Positions 63,008 through 64,000 of a DNA stretch of 64,000 nt are shown one piece after another. How positions within the stretch are numbered: position 1 is the stretch's first letter; the number at the start of each line of letters is the position of its first letter. The position numbers were made by a program, and so were the translations under genes. The stretch covers positions 31,868,001 to 31,932,000 of the forward strand of contig CM120642.1 of the NCBI GenBank assembly GCA_051362555.1, written 5' to 3'. The stretch comes from Lingula anatina. Its lineage: Eukaryota; Animalia; Brachiopoda. The notes beneath the pieces were generated by a model. That model saw only the letters and a program-made list of their open reading frames with translations. It did no database searches and was not told where the DNA came from.

Positions 63008-64000
63008 AGTAGTAGAATTAGGACAAAAATGTTCTGGTAGAATAAATAAAACTCTGTTACAGTAGCTGTCGAGGTGATGAAAAGATAAAACGTATCCGCA
63101 ATGCTTACTTAATTCTCATTCTCTTATTTTCTGTAAATTAAGTGATAGTCAGAAGGTGAAATCAAACTCACTAGTCAAGTTGTCTAGTTCATTGCTCTGA
63201 AGTCGATCAAATCAACAAGGCTTTGCTCTTCATCACTTGGGGGGGGTATTGTCCTCAGTTTGTCATTTTTAACAACAGCAAGACAGATTCTACTGCTGTC
63301 TATCAGTCACTTCTTTTCGTCTGTTTGAAAGGTAGTAGCCAAAATGACAAAATGAAAGTCCTTTGTCTTTAATTGTATTAAACTTTTATGTGTATGAATA
63401 AATATTGTATATTTATATATATATATATGAGAGGATAAAATACTTTTTTAAATTTCAAAATAAGCTTTCATGATTTGATATGTTAGTTCTTTATAAGTGG
63501 CGATGTTTTGTTGAAGATAGGTACGGACGGAAGTAGCAGTTTTCTATTTCCATCATAATTGCACTGTATTGGTTGGGATATTACGATAGGTAGTATCTGA
63601 ATTGTGAAATACATGGCGTATGCGTGGTCCGTCTCTCGTACACAAAACGGAGCTCTGATTCTTTTTGGCTATGCTTCGCTCAAAATTCTTATTACTTGAC
63701 GCGTTTTATAAGAATTTGATGCTAATAATAAACCGACCTTGTACACTGTAACTATGCAGACCTTTTATTAAACCAAATTAAACTACACGGAAATTGCACA
63801 ACTTTGGACTTCGCCAAAATCTATACCTTCCTTCAGGGTCTGTGAATATTTATTGAAAAAATCAATCTGCGACCCTGTTAGAGGGTTACAAGCTTATTAT
63901 TATTTTTTTTTTTAATTAAAGAATTACAACAGGATTTGACAAAACGATTCAAAGCGTGACCTTCCACTGAGGCTCGGGGTTCAACTGAACTTTCACCTTC

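Noticed and set aside
1-64000. CRISPR arrays, operons, tRNA/rRNA genes, intact transposases
   Set aside because: None seen; the sequence is spliceosomal-intron-rich animal DNA.

Overview
AT-rich, intron-containing animal genomic DNA, probably a marine invertebrate (lophotrochozoan-like; taxon is inferred, not shown). The window is gene-dense with mostly alternating orientation: arfaptin (+), two tandem Tim8-like ORFs (-), RAP1/TERF2IP (+), two unrecognised secreted-protein genes (+/-, tail to tail), KIF4 (+), METTL13 (-), ZZZ3 (+), OSTC (-) and an uncharacterised protein with an atypical GATA-like zinc finger (+). Introns carry non-autonomous DNA-transposon elements (hAT-like with 5- or 8-bp TSDs, Harbinger-like palindromes, Tc1/mariner-like, a HINE, and a 1.9-kb long-TIR element). 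Best leads: (1) a 3-exon gene not visible as one ORF, encoding signal peptide + very acidic propiece + RR + a 99-aa cationic Tyr-rich peptide whose outer six Cys are mirror-symmetric; (2) twin Tim8-like ORFs each behind its own homologous splice acceptor, probably sharing a 5' exon at the RAP1 promoter; (3) a secreted poly-Asp protein beside (1). All gene models were assembled by eye from splice signals and phase; no database search was run.
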